Source: Epithemia pelagica (taxonomy: Eukaryota; Protista; Bacillariophyta). Taken from it: 64,000 bases of DNA. Shown piece after piece: positions 46,079 through 57,805 of the stretch. A program made the position numbers and the translations under genes. How positions within the stretch are numbered: position 1 is the first letter of the stretch; every line of letters begins with the position of its first letter. The stretch covers positions 1,798,001 through 1,862,000 of the forward strand of contig OX337239.1 of NCBI GenBank assembly GCA_946965045.2. The letters are read 5' to 3'. The notes beneath the pieces are model-generated. The model saw nothing but the letters and a program-made list of their open reading frames with translations, did no database searches and was not told where the DNA came from.

Positions 46079-46819
46079 TATGGTCTAGTAGCTAGCTTAG
46101 GCCGTAGTCTTCGAAACATCGCAGATCGCAGATCGCAGGTACTCCTCTCTCTACGAGCTACTAGAGGGATAGTGGATAGTAGATAGTAGTGGATGCCGGG
46201 CGCCGGAGGGCTGGATGCAAAGGTAGCGGGTAGTCGAGAGTCGAGGTTCGCTTCCAGGCAGTTCTTCAAGAAGCAGTCCTGATTCCTGATTCGTGATGAT
46301 AATGTAGGAGGGTGCATGTGTTTAATCAGCGTTCCGATTCACATTCCCGTTCTAGCTAACTCCCCTACTCATAGCGTTACACTCTCTCCCTTCTGTGCAC
46401 TCTCGAGTCTCGCTAAGCCCTTTCTACTAGCTAGGAGTAGCTAGTACAGCTAGAGTAGTAGAGAGCTCGAGAGAGAGAGGAGAGTAGGAGCAAAGAGTAG
46501 GGAAAATAAATAATAATTACCTTGGCAAATAATAATTTAATCTCAGAATCAATACTACTGCGTGCTACGCCTACGGACTACGGAGTACGGAGGTGACTTT
46601 GGGGCTTTTGGCTTTTCTCTCTCTTTTTTTTGTCGTTGTACGAGATCCCTTTTGTAGGGGTAGTATGTACTACGTATTTCGTGCTGCGTGGCCGTCGCCA
46701 CAATGATTTACGCACTCGCCCACACTACACACTACACACAACAATATTACATTTACATCGTGCAATAGAAAAACAACCAGGCAACACATCCACGCCCTAA
46801 AAAAAGGTCAATCGGAACC

Positions 46820-48667
46820 ATGGTCGACACTCCTGTCTCCAGGTCTACGTCTCCGGCTTCACAATGTAGCCATGGCGACGAACCGATGTCCCAGAACAGG
46901 CCCAAACAGGAGACGAAAGCGGGTCGTGGCAAAACATCCTCGTCCACGTTGAAGTCTCCGGCAAAAGGGGTCAAAAGCAAGCGAGGAAGAAAGAAAAGGC
47001 CAAAAGACATGCCCCAAAGACCCCTTAGTGCGTACAACCTGTATTTCAGATCGGAGAGAGAGAACATAATCAAGTCGCGATCTCCCGAGGAAATCATCGC
47101 AGCAGCTGATGCTATGCGTTTACCTGAGGACAGAGCGAAAAAGAACATTAACTTGTTTCAAGCCCTTGCAGTTACGATTTCAAAAAAGTGGAAGAAGCTT
47201 GGGCCTGATGATCGCAAGGAGTATGAGATCATGGCTAAAAAGGAAATGAAAGAGTATCGAGAAAAGCTGAACGTGTACCAGCTAGAGCTGGCACGCAAAG
47301 CTGCGAAAGCAGTAGAACCAGACGAAGCAAAAGAAGAACAAGATTCCGCTATCGGGCAGGAGAAAATGAAGACCAACGCAAAACAGAAAAATAATCATCG
47401 CGACATGGATTGCTCCAACGCACCCTCTTTGTCCTCGTCATCACGTCACGGCAACAGTCCGCGATTACTTGGTACGGACACTGCTGAACACACCCGTTCT
47501 ACAAGGCCACAAGAACGCTCCTCAGTCTCGCCAACAAGGATTCCTGGTCAAGCTTCTGGACTCACTTCAGAAAGATCACCCGAAGGCAGGGAGCAAGAGG
47601 GAAATCCTCTTTTTGGGAAAAAGTTTGATGCCTTGCTTGGGCGTCCACTCAACGCTCCGCAGCAGGCCAGAGCATCCACAGCATTGCTGGAATCAAGAAT
47701 GGCATCTGATGCTTCAAACCCAACGTTTCAAGATCAACAGCCAGCGTTTGTCCCCGCGGAAAACAAGTCTCCAAGAAACACCGAGACTACCAAAGATGCC
47801 TCGTTTTCAGGTTTGGCCTTGAACCAGCAGAAAACCCCAGGAACTAGTTCTCTATGGGTACCAACAGGCGGATTGCCGGGCACTGAAGGAGCAATGACCG
47901 GAATCGGAGGACCCGCCATCCCTGGATATGTAAACAACTCTTCGTTGAACGTAGTAGGGGTGAATGCAGCTATGCCTGGAGGAGCTACCTCACTCCTGGT
48001 TCACAATACTGCAGGTTTGACCCCTTCTCTCCAGGACGTACTCTCGCGTCAGCCAGGGGGCAACTTTGTCGGGGCGTCTCTTTCCACTAATCCTGCGACA
48101 GCTGCGTTTCCTCCTTCGGACAGTGATTATCTTCAGAGGCTTGCGGGAGGTCTTCAGCAACGAGACCCCCTCCACAATAGTTTTTCAAGTAACCCCACTG
48201 AAGCCACGCTGCACTCGCTTCTGCTTCAGCGACAGCAGCAGCAGCAGGAACAGCAGTATATACTACAGCAGCAGCTCAACTCGGTTGCATTGGGCCAGCC
48301 TACCGCTGCCTCTGGGCCAATATTGTCGGCAGCGACAGGGCAGATACTCCCTGGCCATGTTCTACCGCAATTCGGTACCGACCCCGCTAGCTCTGTTGAA
48401 ATGAACATGGTCCTCTCAAATAACATGGGAGGAGGCAGTCAGCGCGGAATCCCTGCTTCTAGGCCTTTGCCGTCTCTGATTGGGACAGTCGCCGATGGGA
48501 CGATGGTGACAACTCAATCGCCAGCTGACTTATTGTATTTGGTACAGCAACAAGAACTTTCTGCTGCTACTGGCCTGGATTCCAGCGCTGGCCGTGGAGG
48601 TACTCTCCAGGACCAAGCTTCAGCAGATCTGCTTCGTCAACTACAACAGCGACAGCCTCCGTATTAA
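46820..48667 (+). CDS. HMG-box transcription factor with Gln-rich low-complexity tail
   Basis: KRPKDMPQRPLSAYNLYFRSERE..LAVTISKKWKKLGPDDRKEYEIMAKKEMKEYR; poly-Q C-terminus. Confidence 0.93.
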   Translation: MVDTPVSRSTSPASQCSHGDEPMSQNRPKQETKAGRGKTSSSTLKSPAKGVKSKRGRKKRPKDMPQRPLSAYNLYFRSERENIIKSRSPEEIIAAADAMRLPEDRAKKNINLFQALAVTISKKWKKLGPDDRKEYEIMAKKEMKEYREKLNVYQLELARKAAKAVEPDEAKEEQDSAIGQEKMKTNAKQKNNHRDMDCSNAPSLSSSSRHGNSPRLLGTDTAEHTRSTRPQERSSVSPTRIPGQASGLTSERSPEGREQEGNPLFGKKFDALLGRPLNAPQQARASTALLESRMASDASNPTFQDQQPAFVPAENKSPRNTETTKDASFSGLALNQQKTPGTSSLWVPTGGLPGTEGAMTGIGGPAIPGYVNNSSLNVVGVNAAMPGGATSLLVHNTAGLTPSLQDVLSRQPGGNFVGASLSTNPATAAFPPSDSDYLQRLAGGLQQRDPLHNSFSSNPTEATLHSLLLQRQQQQQEQQYILQQQLNSVALGQPTAASGPILSAATGQILPGHVLPQFGTDPASSVEMNMVLSNNMGGGSQRGIPASRPLPSLIGTVADGTMVTTQSPADLLYLVQQQELSAATGLDSSAGRGGTLQDQASADLLRQLQQRQPPY

Positions 48668-49470
48668 GAAAATGCCTCTTTTATAGATTGGGATACTTAC
48701 ACTCGTGATTCTTGCCGTGGTGATCTTGGGTTGTCTTTCTCTTCTTTTCATTTAACACTTCTCCTAAAACAGTTCTATCCATTTAGTGCCTCGTTCCTAG
48801 AGCCGATACCGATAGATGGATCGTTTCAACTCAAAAGAGTGTGAGACGATAACTTCACCAAGCCCCGCAAGGAAAAGACTCCTACGATTAACATGGGAGA
48901 CTAGGTAGGTAGTAGGAGTAAGTAGTCTAATCCTCGACCCTCGAGATAAAAAGGGAATAGTCTATTCTTCCAGCTGCCGCGCCTACCCGCTAGGGCACTC
49001 GAGATAGCCAATCGTATTCCTCTGTCTTGCTTTTCCTTGCGCCCCGTCAAGAGGGGGCGAAAACACCCCCCCCCTAGCTAATATCCCCTTTTTCGAAATC
49101 GATTATCTACTCCTAGCTAGGGTAGCTATTTCACCAGTTCGCCTCGACCATGACAAACCAGCCAGAACAAGCATAAGAGATCCCGGCATCTTCATATTTC
49201 CTATGCTGAGTTTGATCCCGAAAAGAAATGCAACAGAGCGACTCTGGACCACATGCACCGCACATGAAGCTCGATGCATCCAACTAGAAGACGAATACTA
49301 TCAGGTTCTGCTTCGTGTGAAGACAAACTATACAAGTTGAGATGTGCAAATAGAATGAATCTGGGAGTCTACGGGAAAGAAAGAGAGGTTACTTGTCTAT
49401 CGAAAGCAAGATTTTGAAGTCAACAGCAGCACCGACCAGTGGCAGTGATCCGAGCCAAAAGCATAAATAC

Positions 49471-52400
49471 CTATTTTCCGTAAAGCTCTTTGACACCTGC
49501 ACTGAGCTTTTCACACGTAGCTTTGGCATCGCCTAACAACATGTCTGTGTTATCCTTCAAAAACACAGGATCTACAACAACACCGAGGTGAGACTATTGA
49601 TGATTCTCCGCTGATACAGGAATGCTGTAACTTACTGTCAACACCGGCATAACCGGCAGCCATACTGCGCTTCATAACAATAACTTGTTTGGCTTTCCAC
49701 ACTCGAAGGACTGGCATTCCTGCGATTTGCGAATTCGGGTCATCCTCTGTAGAAATACCGCGAAACAAAAGTGCGTTAAAAACCATGAATGATTCGAACA
49801 AATTTCATTGCTCAAAAAATACTTACCTGCTGCGCTGTTCACAGTGTCGTTGGCTGTGTGCAAGATAGCGACAAATTGTTAAGGTCTGCGAGTAGACTGA
49901 ATGGGTCATCTAGTTCCGTTTCACTTACCACCGATAACCAAAACGACATCAGTCTCATCAAAGTCATCATTGATTTCTTCCATTTCTTCGACAATATCGT
50001 AGGGGACACCAGCCTCGGCCAAGAGAACATTCAACTGACCAGGCATGCGTCCAGCGACTGGGTGGATAGCAAATCGTACTTTCTTTCCAGCCTTGACGAG
50101 GGAATCAACCATTTCTTTCAGTGGATACTGACCATGAGCAACAGCCAAACCATATCCTGGTACAATGATCACGCTTTGAGATTCAGTCAATAGCTTGACT
50201 GTATCGTCCACATTTGTCATTGTAGCTTCTCCTTCAAACTTCATGGCTTCTCCCCCCGCAGTCGCTTTGGTTCCATAACCTCCGAGAATGACACTAAGGA
50301 TATCGCGATTCATGGCATCACACATGATCTTGGTGAGAGCCGCACCAGAGCAACCAATCAGCGCCCCCACAGTCGTCAAAATAGGCATATCAAGCATGAA
50401 TCCTTCTGCGCACAACGCCCAGCCGGAATAGCTATTCAGGACGGTAATGACGACTGGCATGTCCGCGCCTCCAATGGACGCTGTCATATGCCATCCCAGA
50501 ATTCCGGATGTCGTCAATGATCCCGAAAGAGCTGCCAAACCTGGGCCAAGTTCGGGAGCACCCATTACAATGGCACCTCCTCCCAATGTCGCTGCACCTA
50601 GTCCCATGTTAATCTGGTCACGTCGCTCCAGTTTCATCGGGGCCGAGGCAAGGCGGCCATCTAGCTTTCCAAAGGCAACTAGTGAACCGGTGAAGGTAAC
50701 ACTTCCAATGACAGTAGCAAGGTAAATACTGGCCAAGTGAACAGAGTCCAATTGTGTGGGATCAGGGGCATTCAGGTAATCTCCAATAGCAGCTGCACTG
50801 GCAGCAAGGCCAACAAGCGAGTGAAACGCCGCAACTGTCTGAGGCAATGAAGTCGGTTCCACGCGGTTACCAATATAGTTACCAGCCGCAGCTCCCACTC
50901 CCATCAACGCAGTAATCCCTGCCGTAGCTCCCATGGAAGGGTGCAAGTGTCCCATCGTTGAGGCAATGCCCAAAGCAACGCCTGCTTGTCCCGAAACAGC
51001 ACCAAGACGGGCAGTCGTTTGCGAAGCTAAACCAGCGATACCACCAATACAAAGTAAACCAGATAAGGTGGAGGCGGCACTATCGAGCTGTGGAAACTTT
51101 CCTGACATACTTCCAGCACCATAGAGTGCCATGGTCGCCACAGTTGGAATGCCATACAAGCGATAGTCTGAACACAAAAAAGAGAAACAGGTCAGAAATA
51201 AATATATAAGCGGGAGACCAAAACCAATACGATACGACTTGCATTCCGGTGGGTCATCAGGACGCTTAAACATGTCAAGCATCTTGGTTGTGACAATAAA
51301 TCCACCCACAATGTTGACTGTTGAAAGGGTGGTGGCTGTGGCACCCAACAGAGTGACGGCCGGGTTTGTCGAATGAGCCAGTAAATGCATTCCACCAAGA
51401 GCTGTCGTTCCTGAAATCGCGTTCTACAGAGAGACGAGAGAACAAGGCATGAGAGAGGTCACGGAAACGGTCCCCCAAAAGCGAGGATAAGCAAAAGGTC
51501 TCCAGGAAGAGGTGATTGGAGAGAGTCTGTGATGTCTTACCGTGACTGCCATGAGAGGTGAATGCAGGGCATGGGTAACACCCAGCACCACTTGTACTCC
51601 AATAATATTGGAGAGAGCAAAGGTTGTCAACATGGAGGAAAATCCGGCATCGGGTGCCACGGCACCCAATCCAAGCATGGACGCCGACAGGATTCCAGCA
51701 TTTTGAGCACCCTTGACGTAGGGTTTGCGATAATCAATCTCCTCGGGCTTTTCTTCCTCTTGCGTTTTCTTGGCGGTAGTTGGTGGGGCCGCCGGCAAGG
51801 GTGCCGGATACATAAGTTTGCCCTTTTCTACCACCAACATGCCCCGAACGGCTTCATCCTCGTGGTCAATGTAATAATATCCAGCTTCCTTGGTTGTTTG
51901 GGGTCCTGCCGACAAGAGAAACTTGGAAATATTGTTGGAGTACAAGGAACTACTGGTGGTCGACAGACGACTGGGCAAATCCGTATAGCCCAAACACGTG
52001 ACACCATTTCCGGTGACAATCTTTTGATCCTTGACCGTGGTTTCAATATTGCCTCCCGCTTCTGCGGCCAAATCCACCGTCACGGATCCTCGTTTCATGA
52101 CAGCAACCATTTCCTTGGTTACCATGGTGGGCGCTTGACGTCCCGGAATGAGTGCTGTGGTAATGACAATATCCACCTCCTTGCATTGATCGGTCAACAT
52201 GGCCCGAGCCGCAGCATGCCATTCCTTGGACATTTCCTTGGCATATCCACCCGCTCCACTTCCATCTTCTTGGAAATTGACTTCCAAAAATTGTGCCCCC
52301 ATGGCTTCGACTTGTTCCTTGGTGACGGGTCGCACATCAAAGGCTCGGACGGCAGCTCCCATATTCTTGGCCGTTTGGACGGCCGCTAAACCAGCAACAC

Positions 52401-53236
52401 CCGTTCCAATCACCAAAACCTTGGCTGGAGGAACCTTCCCGGCTGCCGTCATTTGTCCGGCAAAGAAACGACCAAATTCATTGCTGGCTTCCAACACGGC
52501 ACGGTATCCCGAAATATTGGCCTGCGACGAGAGAGCATCGTAGGTTTGACCTCGTGATAACGTACGGGGAATGCAATCCATGGCAAAGACGGTAGACTTT
52601 TGATCCTGAAACTGTTTGACCAGAGATTCATTTTGCTTGGGGTAGATGAAACTAATCAAGGTACGGTCCTCTAGTTGTGTAGCTTCTTCCACGGTAGGTG
52701 GTCGGAGCTACAGGAGAATAGTTTGACAAAGAAACCAAACAAGACAGTTGCAATGACATGTGAGACTGTGCTACAACTCTTTTGCGCTTCCAATGCTCTT
52801 GTTTTTGTTTCCTCACATGCCGACTACATGAGGGTCAAGTGTTTCTTACCTTGAGAACAATATCGGATGTTTTCCATACATTGTCCACAATTTGAGCCCC
52901 TGCGGCTTCGTAATCGGCATCGGTAAATTCCGACAGGAGACCGGCACCGGATTGAATTTGGACATTGAATCCTGGCTTGATGAGACGTTGGACCGATTCG
53001 GGTGTAGCAGCCACTCGTTTTTCCAATGGAAAGTCTTCCTTGGGCACACCGACGGTCAAGGCCGAATAGGCAATGCCCTTGGGGGGAGGAGAAGCTTCTT
53101 CCTTTGCTGCTGCTGCTTTGGACTGACGAATCACTGAGGAAGAAGTAAAACCACGAGCCACCAAAGACTCTCGAAGGACGCGCGGTGAAGAAGAAGGACG
53201 CCATGCTCCGGAGCGGAGCAGTGCAACCACCGACAT
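49471..53236 (-). CDS. NNT: Mitochondrial NAD(P) transhydrogenase (dI-dII-dIII fused), 7 exons
   Basis: [107 protein letters not shown]. Exons: 52850-53236, 51541-52707, 51243-51423, 49929-51167, 49827-49853, 49636-49746, 49471-49571. Confidence 0.97.
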
Positions 53237-54164
53237 GATTGGCCTCGGCACTTGCTGCTGCTGCTGCTACTGCTGCTGTGGTTGTATTTGAGGTTTGTCT
53301 AATTGGTACAATTACACCAACAACAGCAACAACCAACAGTGAGATGACCTGCTTCTTGTCGTTTTGTTCGCCTTCTTCTTGGCGGACTGATACTGATGGC
53401 CAACAGCAGCAAAGACGTGCCGAGCACCGAGAACGCAACGACGGACCAGCTGTGTGTCTCTTCTGTTGTCCAACTTCAAACCGGTCACAACAGGCGAAAT
53501 ATGGATCTTCGTCGCTTCCCGCCAATGAAAGAAAAGATACCTAATGAAAGGAGTCCCGTGTATTCAATCCCGATTACGATACTATGCATCCATCTCAAAA
53601 CTGTGAAGAATCTCTTCCTATCCAGTTCTCTAGCATCAACGCAGGGTTTTGCCTCCTATATAATATACTCCTAGAAGACCGGCAAGTACGCTTTGGACCC
53701 AGGATGTGAAATGGACTCTGGATGGAACAAGAGAAATAGAATCATCCTGGTTACTGTTCAATACGCCATCCGTGCCATGAGCTGCCCGGGGCCTTGGGAA
53801 GATAGGTAGTTGCGCGGTTCCACAGAAAGCACCAGAGGGATCTTGCCAATACCATCCAGGCATATCAGTCTGCGCAATTCTATAGAAGAGAATATGATGC
53901 AGAAAAGAAAGGGTTCTAACAATGCGTCCATTAACGGTGATGCGCGCGCATCTTGAGCAGCCAGCAATCTAGAGAACAAATGGGAGCGAGGTGGGCCTCC
54001 TGTCTGGACACATGTTCCTTGTCGAGAGCCGTGATCAAAGCTCGTTCTCGAGTGCATTCTCTTGAGGCTTTCCATCGATCACTTCTCCCTCCACGAGAAT
54101 CACAACCTTTATCGAGTGCCATGGTTCCCCTTCATTGTGCTTTTGCGTTCCCAGTGTATATCGA

Positions 54165-54779
54165 CTACGTCGACCGGGCCACATCCGAAAGGGGTCCATA
54201 ATCCCACAAGAGTTCTTCACCCTCGGCAATATCCCGAATGGCAAAAAAGATTGGAAAGTCCAATAGTTGACCGTTGGCACGGATCCGATCAAAGGCCTTG
54301 ACATTGCATTGGACCGAACCCTCCGTGGCATGATTCATGAATCGACACCAGGAGCTGACATCAGCATCTTCGGTATCGACAAAGGCCCCATCCTTCATTT
54401 CAAACACAAAGTTTCCAGTAATCCCCTGTCCCCGTTCCAATCGACTTTGTTCCCAGTCTTGATCGTCCACGTCCTTGGTTCGTTTGCCCCAATAGCGGGC
54501 CTGTACTTGATGCCGTGTCATGCGTTCTCCCGAATATTCTCCAATGTACTCACCAACCGGAATGGCGGTCATGGCAAAGGCACCCAATCCCTTTTCGGGG
54601 GAGGCCACCTTGATGCAAATGCCAGCCTCAACTGCCGATTGATGAGCCAAACAGGTCGACGACAGCGTAGGACGGATCCCTGTCAGTGCCGCAGCCGTGT
54701 TCAGGAGAAGGAACCCGATGAGGCATTGGGTTGTAATTGTTAGCCAAACCATTCGTCTCTGGATGTAGCAGCGTTCCAT
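54165..54779 (-). CDS. Stand-alone SET-domain methyltransferase with N-terminal signal-like leader
   Basis: KGLGAFA, GEYIGEYSGE, WCRFMNHA, AIRDIAEGEELLWDYG; hydrophobic leader CLIGFLLLNTAAA-L. Confidence 0.9.
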   Translation of the reverse strand: MERCYIQRRMVWLTITTQCLIGFLLLNTAAALTGIRPTLSSTCLAHQSAVEAGICIKVASPEKGLGAFAMTAIPVGEYIGEYSGERMTRHQVQARYWGKRTKDVDDQDWEQSRLERGQGITGNFVFEMKDGAFVDTEDADVSSWCRFMNHATEGSVQCNVKAFDRIRANGQLLDFPIFFAIRDIAEGEELLWDYGPLSDVARST

Positions 54780-55538
54780 GGTTCCTCTTTGTGTGCCCAG
54801 GATAGAATGTCAACACCAGCGCTCCATTCTCCCTATTTTGCTTCCCCAACCACACAGACACACGTGGTGTTCCCTGCAGTCGTCAAGTAGTCTCACACAT
54901 CATTATTATTTGGCGCATGCTTTTTGTTGGTGGATCGATCAGTGACGTGTTGATTATTGAGTTTCGACACACAACAGAGCAACGTATCTACACAGAAAAC
55001 AAGACGACAAGGATGAGGACGGTCTGTCAATGCCTGCGTCGAGGAGAACAGAGAACACCTGCTGGTACGAAAAAGACAACAAAAAACATGGCGATCGATC
55101 CATCTCATTTGGACGCCTGTACATCGATCGTTTTCTTCTCTCATGGGGACCATGGACCGACCGTCATGGAGCCGATGGACACAAGACAAAAACGTGGCGA
55201 AGTTTTCGTTTTCACATTTGGGGGAGAATGGAGGGAAGTATGGCCCCCAGGGGTGGAAGTTGTGTCATCTCTCTCTTTCTGTTTGTTAGAAGCATAAAAA
55301 AAATAGAACAGTGCAATCACCGAAGTCTCACTCTCCGTGCTCTTGCAGGAAGCGCCATTCTGAAGAGAAGACATCCTCTTGGATAAGTTTCAATACGCCT
55401 CTTGGAGTGCTGCACAAAAGGATCATTTCCACTTGGTTCTTGGTCGCTTTCCGTGTGACATAGAACTCGGCGACTGATCACGAAGAATATTTGTGGTTCC
55501 TCCGAGAGAAAACCTCTTTTGTCCTTTCTTGTGGTCCC

Positions 55539-57437
55539 ATGAGTCCAACAACAACCAACCCACTGACGGATACTCCCTTGAGGAATGATGGAGGCTGTAT
55601 CAGAATGACCGAACTTTGGTTCCCTCCTCGTTCGCGTTTCTCTCGATACTCGACAAACATTATGGCGCTCCCTCAACAGGCTGCCAGCCATTGCCACACA
55701 ACACAAAAGGCCACTGTCCACGTTCCAGAGAGCAATAATAAGAACTTGCAGTATCATATCTTACCGACGGACTTGTATGGGAGTTGCGATCGGGAAACGG
55801 AATCGGCGTTGATTCGTGATCTCAAGACCAGTGTGTGGGAGCAGCATGGCTTTGAATTGAGTACACAAGAACGAACGGGTCAGACGGCCCGCCGTTGTTT
55901 GACCTTGCGGTTACGGATGCGCTGTGCCAATCATACCAAAAGGCGAGGTTGCTGTCCCTTTCGTTTCACCGTGCTTTGGAATGTCAAGGAAGAGTTTTGG
56001 TACTTTTGTCCGCCCGTCACCACGGAAGAGCACCTTCGATTCTTCTGTCATGCACCTACATGTTTGCCCTACTGGATCAGTGGTAGTACAACCACAGTTG
56101 CAACCGCTCCATCAAATTCTTTGTTGTGCTCACCTCCTCGAACGATGTCGCTTCCATTGTGTGGCATAACAACAAAGGCAAGGGAGTCCACAACCAAGAA
56201 TGCAGATACGATCCACGAGAAAGTACACGCGGAAAAAGTCTCCACAAAGAATGAACGATTGAGTTTGAAACGCAAGAGTTTAGTGGAATTATTACGAGAG
56301 CGGGATCCCACTGCTACCTCTTCCTCGAGGAGTGATCCATCGGCCAAGGCAACAACAGTCATTGATAGCAGTGCCATGGATGCGGCAACCTTGACCCTCA
56401 TGACAGCTGCAACACAGCAACGTTACTTTGGAATGACGACCCCCGTCTTGTGGACTCGAGGAAACACGCAGCCACCGAGTCATTTCATATCTTCACCTCG
56501 ACCAACTCTGTCGCAGAAGAAGCAGCAACAACAACAGAATGTGCTTTCGGTACAAACGTCGCCCCAACTTGCGAGAACAAGTACACACAATGCCCCTCAA
56601 TCAATGATTGCTTCCATGTACCCTCGGACAAAAGCAAACTCGTTCCCTTCTACCTTGGATGAGAGTCTCATTGCTTTGAAGTCCAGTAGTACTGCCGCGC
56701 CTCCTTCAACGACCCACGTTCAACTAACAAGTCCTACTTGGGTCGGGACAAATTCATGCTCAATGCCCAAAGTATCAACACTTGCTGCGAAAACAAGAAA
56801 TGATTCTCAATCCAAAGTATCTCGTGGTGAGGACCAGTCCTCGCGGCTTGCCTGTCACGATACCGTGTCCCTTCCTTGGCAGAAGGAGAACAGCGCAATC
56901 GTGCATGGTGTGGGAAATGGTTTGGATGAGGGAGATCGAACAAACGATTCCACTGACCGGGCAGTATCGTGGGCCTCAACGCCCGTAGAGCACAGCGATA
57001 ACCCATTGGTTTCTTTGGAAGAAGCCGCCGAAGCAGTGCTCTTCTCTTTGGGATCAGGAGACGAGAGAACGGATCAGGAAGACGTCCAGAATGAGAAGGA
57101 CGATCATCTTCAAGAGAATGTTTTGTCCCCCGCATCTTCGTGGCTCAACTTGGTGTTTGCTGGATCTGGCCCGTCCGACGAAGATTCTGGACCATCATGT
57201 GGCGGCAGTGTAGATGCCTCTGTGTCATCGCTCGAACAAATGATTTCCACGACAGGCACTTCCACCATTGTGGGGCCTCCGACTGCCTCTGCCGCCTTTG
57301 CTTCCCAGTCCGGCTCTGCGACACTGCCACTCTCTCCAAGTACGGTAGCGATTACACCAATTGCTCCTTTGGCCTTGGATTTGTCGGAAACGGAGTGGGA
57401 TTGGAATATCCCATCGTACAGTGCACCCTCTGCCTAG
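55539..57437 (+). CDS. Hypothetical protein with possible WRKY/FAR1-like zinc-binding N-terminal domain and Ser/Thr-rich tail
   Basis: ORF of more than 600 aa with C-x8-CPFRFTVLW-x6-WYF-x8-H-x4-CH; the remainder is low complexity. Confidence 0.65.
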   Translation: MSPTTTNPLTDTPLRNDGGCIRMTELWFPPRSRFSRYSTNIMALPQQAASHCHTTQKATVHVPESNNKNLQYHILPTDLYGSCDRETESALIRDLKTSVWEQHGFELSTQERTGQTARRCLTLRLRMRCANHTKRRGCCPFRFTVLWNVKEEFWYFCPPVTTEEHLRFFCHAPTCLPYWISGSTTTVATAPSNSLLCSPPRTMSLPLCGITTKARESTTKNADTIHEKVHAEKVSTKNERLSLKRKSLVELLRERDPTATSSSRSDPSAKATTVIDSSAMDAATLTLMTAATQQRYFGMTTPVLWTRGNTQPPSHFISSPRPTLSQKKQQQQQNVLSVQTSPQLARTSTHNAPQSMIASMYPRTKANSFPSTLDESLIALKSSSTAAPPSTTHVQLTSPTWVGTNSCSMPKVSTLAAKTRNDSQSKVSRGEDQSSRLACHDTVSLPWQKENSAIVHGVGNGLDEGDRTNDSTDRAVSWASTPVEHSDNPLVSLEEAAEAVLFSLGSGDERTDQEDVQNEKDDHLQENVLSPASSWLNLVFAGSGPSDEDSGPSCGGSVDASVSSLEQMISTTGTSTIVGPPTASAAFASQSGSATLPLSPSTVAITPIAPLALDLSETEWDWNIPSYSAPSA

Positions 57438-57805
57438 TTTTGAGTCGTTGTGTCGGCCCGTACGTCCAAGAGAATTGGTTCGGTTTGAAATGTCTGCACC
57501 CACAAAAGCCACTGAAGTCCCCGGTATAGTTTGATTTACATCGCGAACATAACATATCAACAACAAGGAAACAGAAACAAACTCTACAAGATTCTCGAGC
57601 GAGCAGACACAGATTTTGAAATTGTGAGCAATCGCACATCCCACGGCTGGGGGAGATCGTGTAGCCCGGCCCGCGGATCGCTCGCGCGCAGGACCGGTGA
57701 GGCAATAATCCGATAGCGGTGGTACTGGTGTGCGGGGGACTCAAAAATTGAGTCCAACTGTTTTTGTTTGCACAATTTCACATTCACATGAATACACCAT
57801 GAACC

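Noticed and set aside
43000-46800. Repeats and palindromes as a CRISPR array or an autonomous transposon
   Set aside because: There is no regular repeat-spacer structure, no cas gene and no transposase or reverse-transcriptase ORF, and the context is eukaryotic.
43784-49350. Weak inverted similarity between 43784-43900 and about 49150-49350 (for example TGAGATGTGC) flanking the HMG gene
   Set aside because: Only short patches match and the translations do not align convincingly. It needs a real alignment test.
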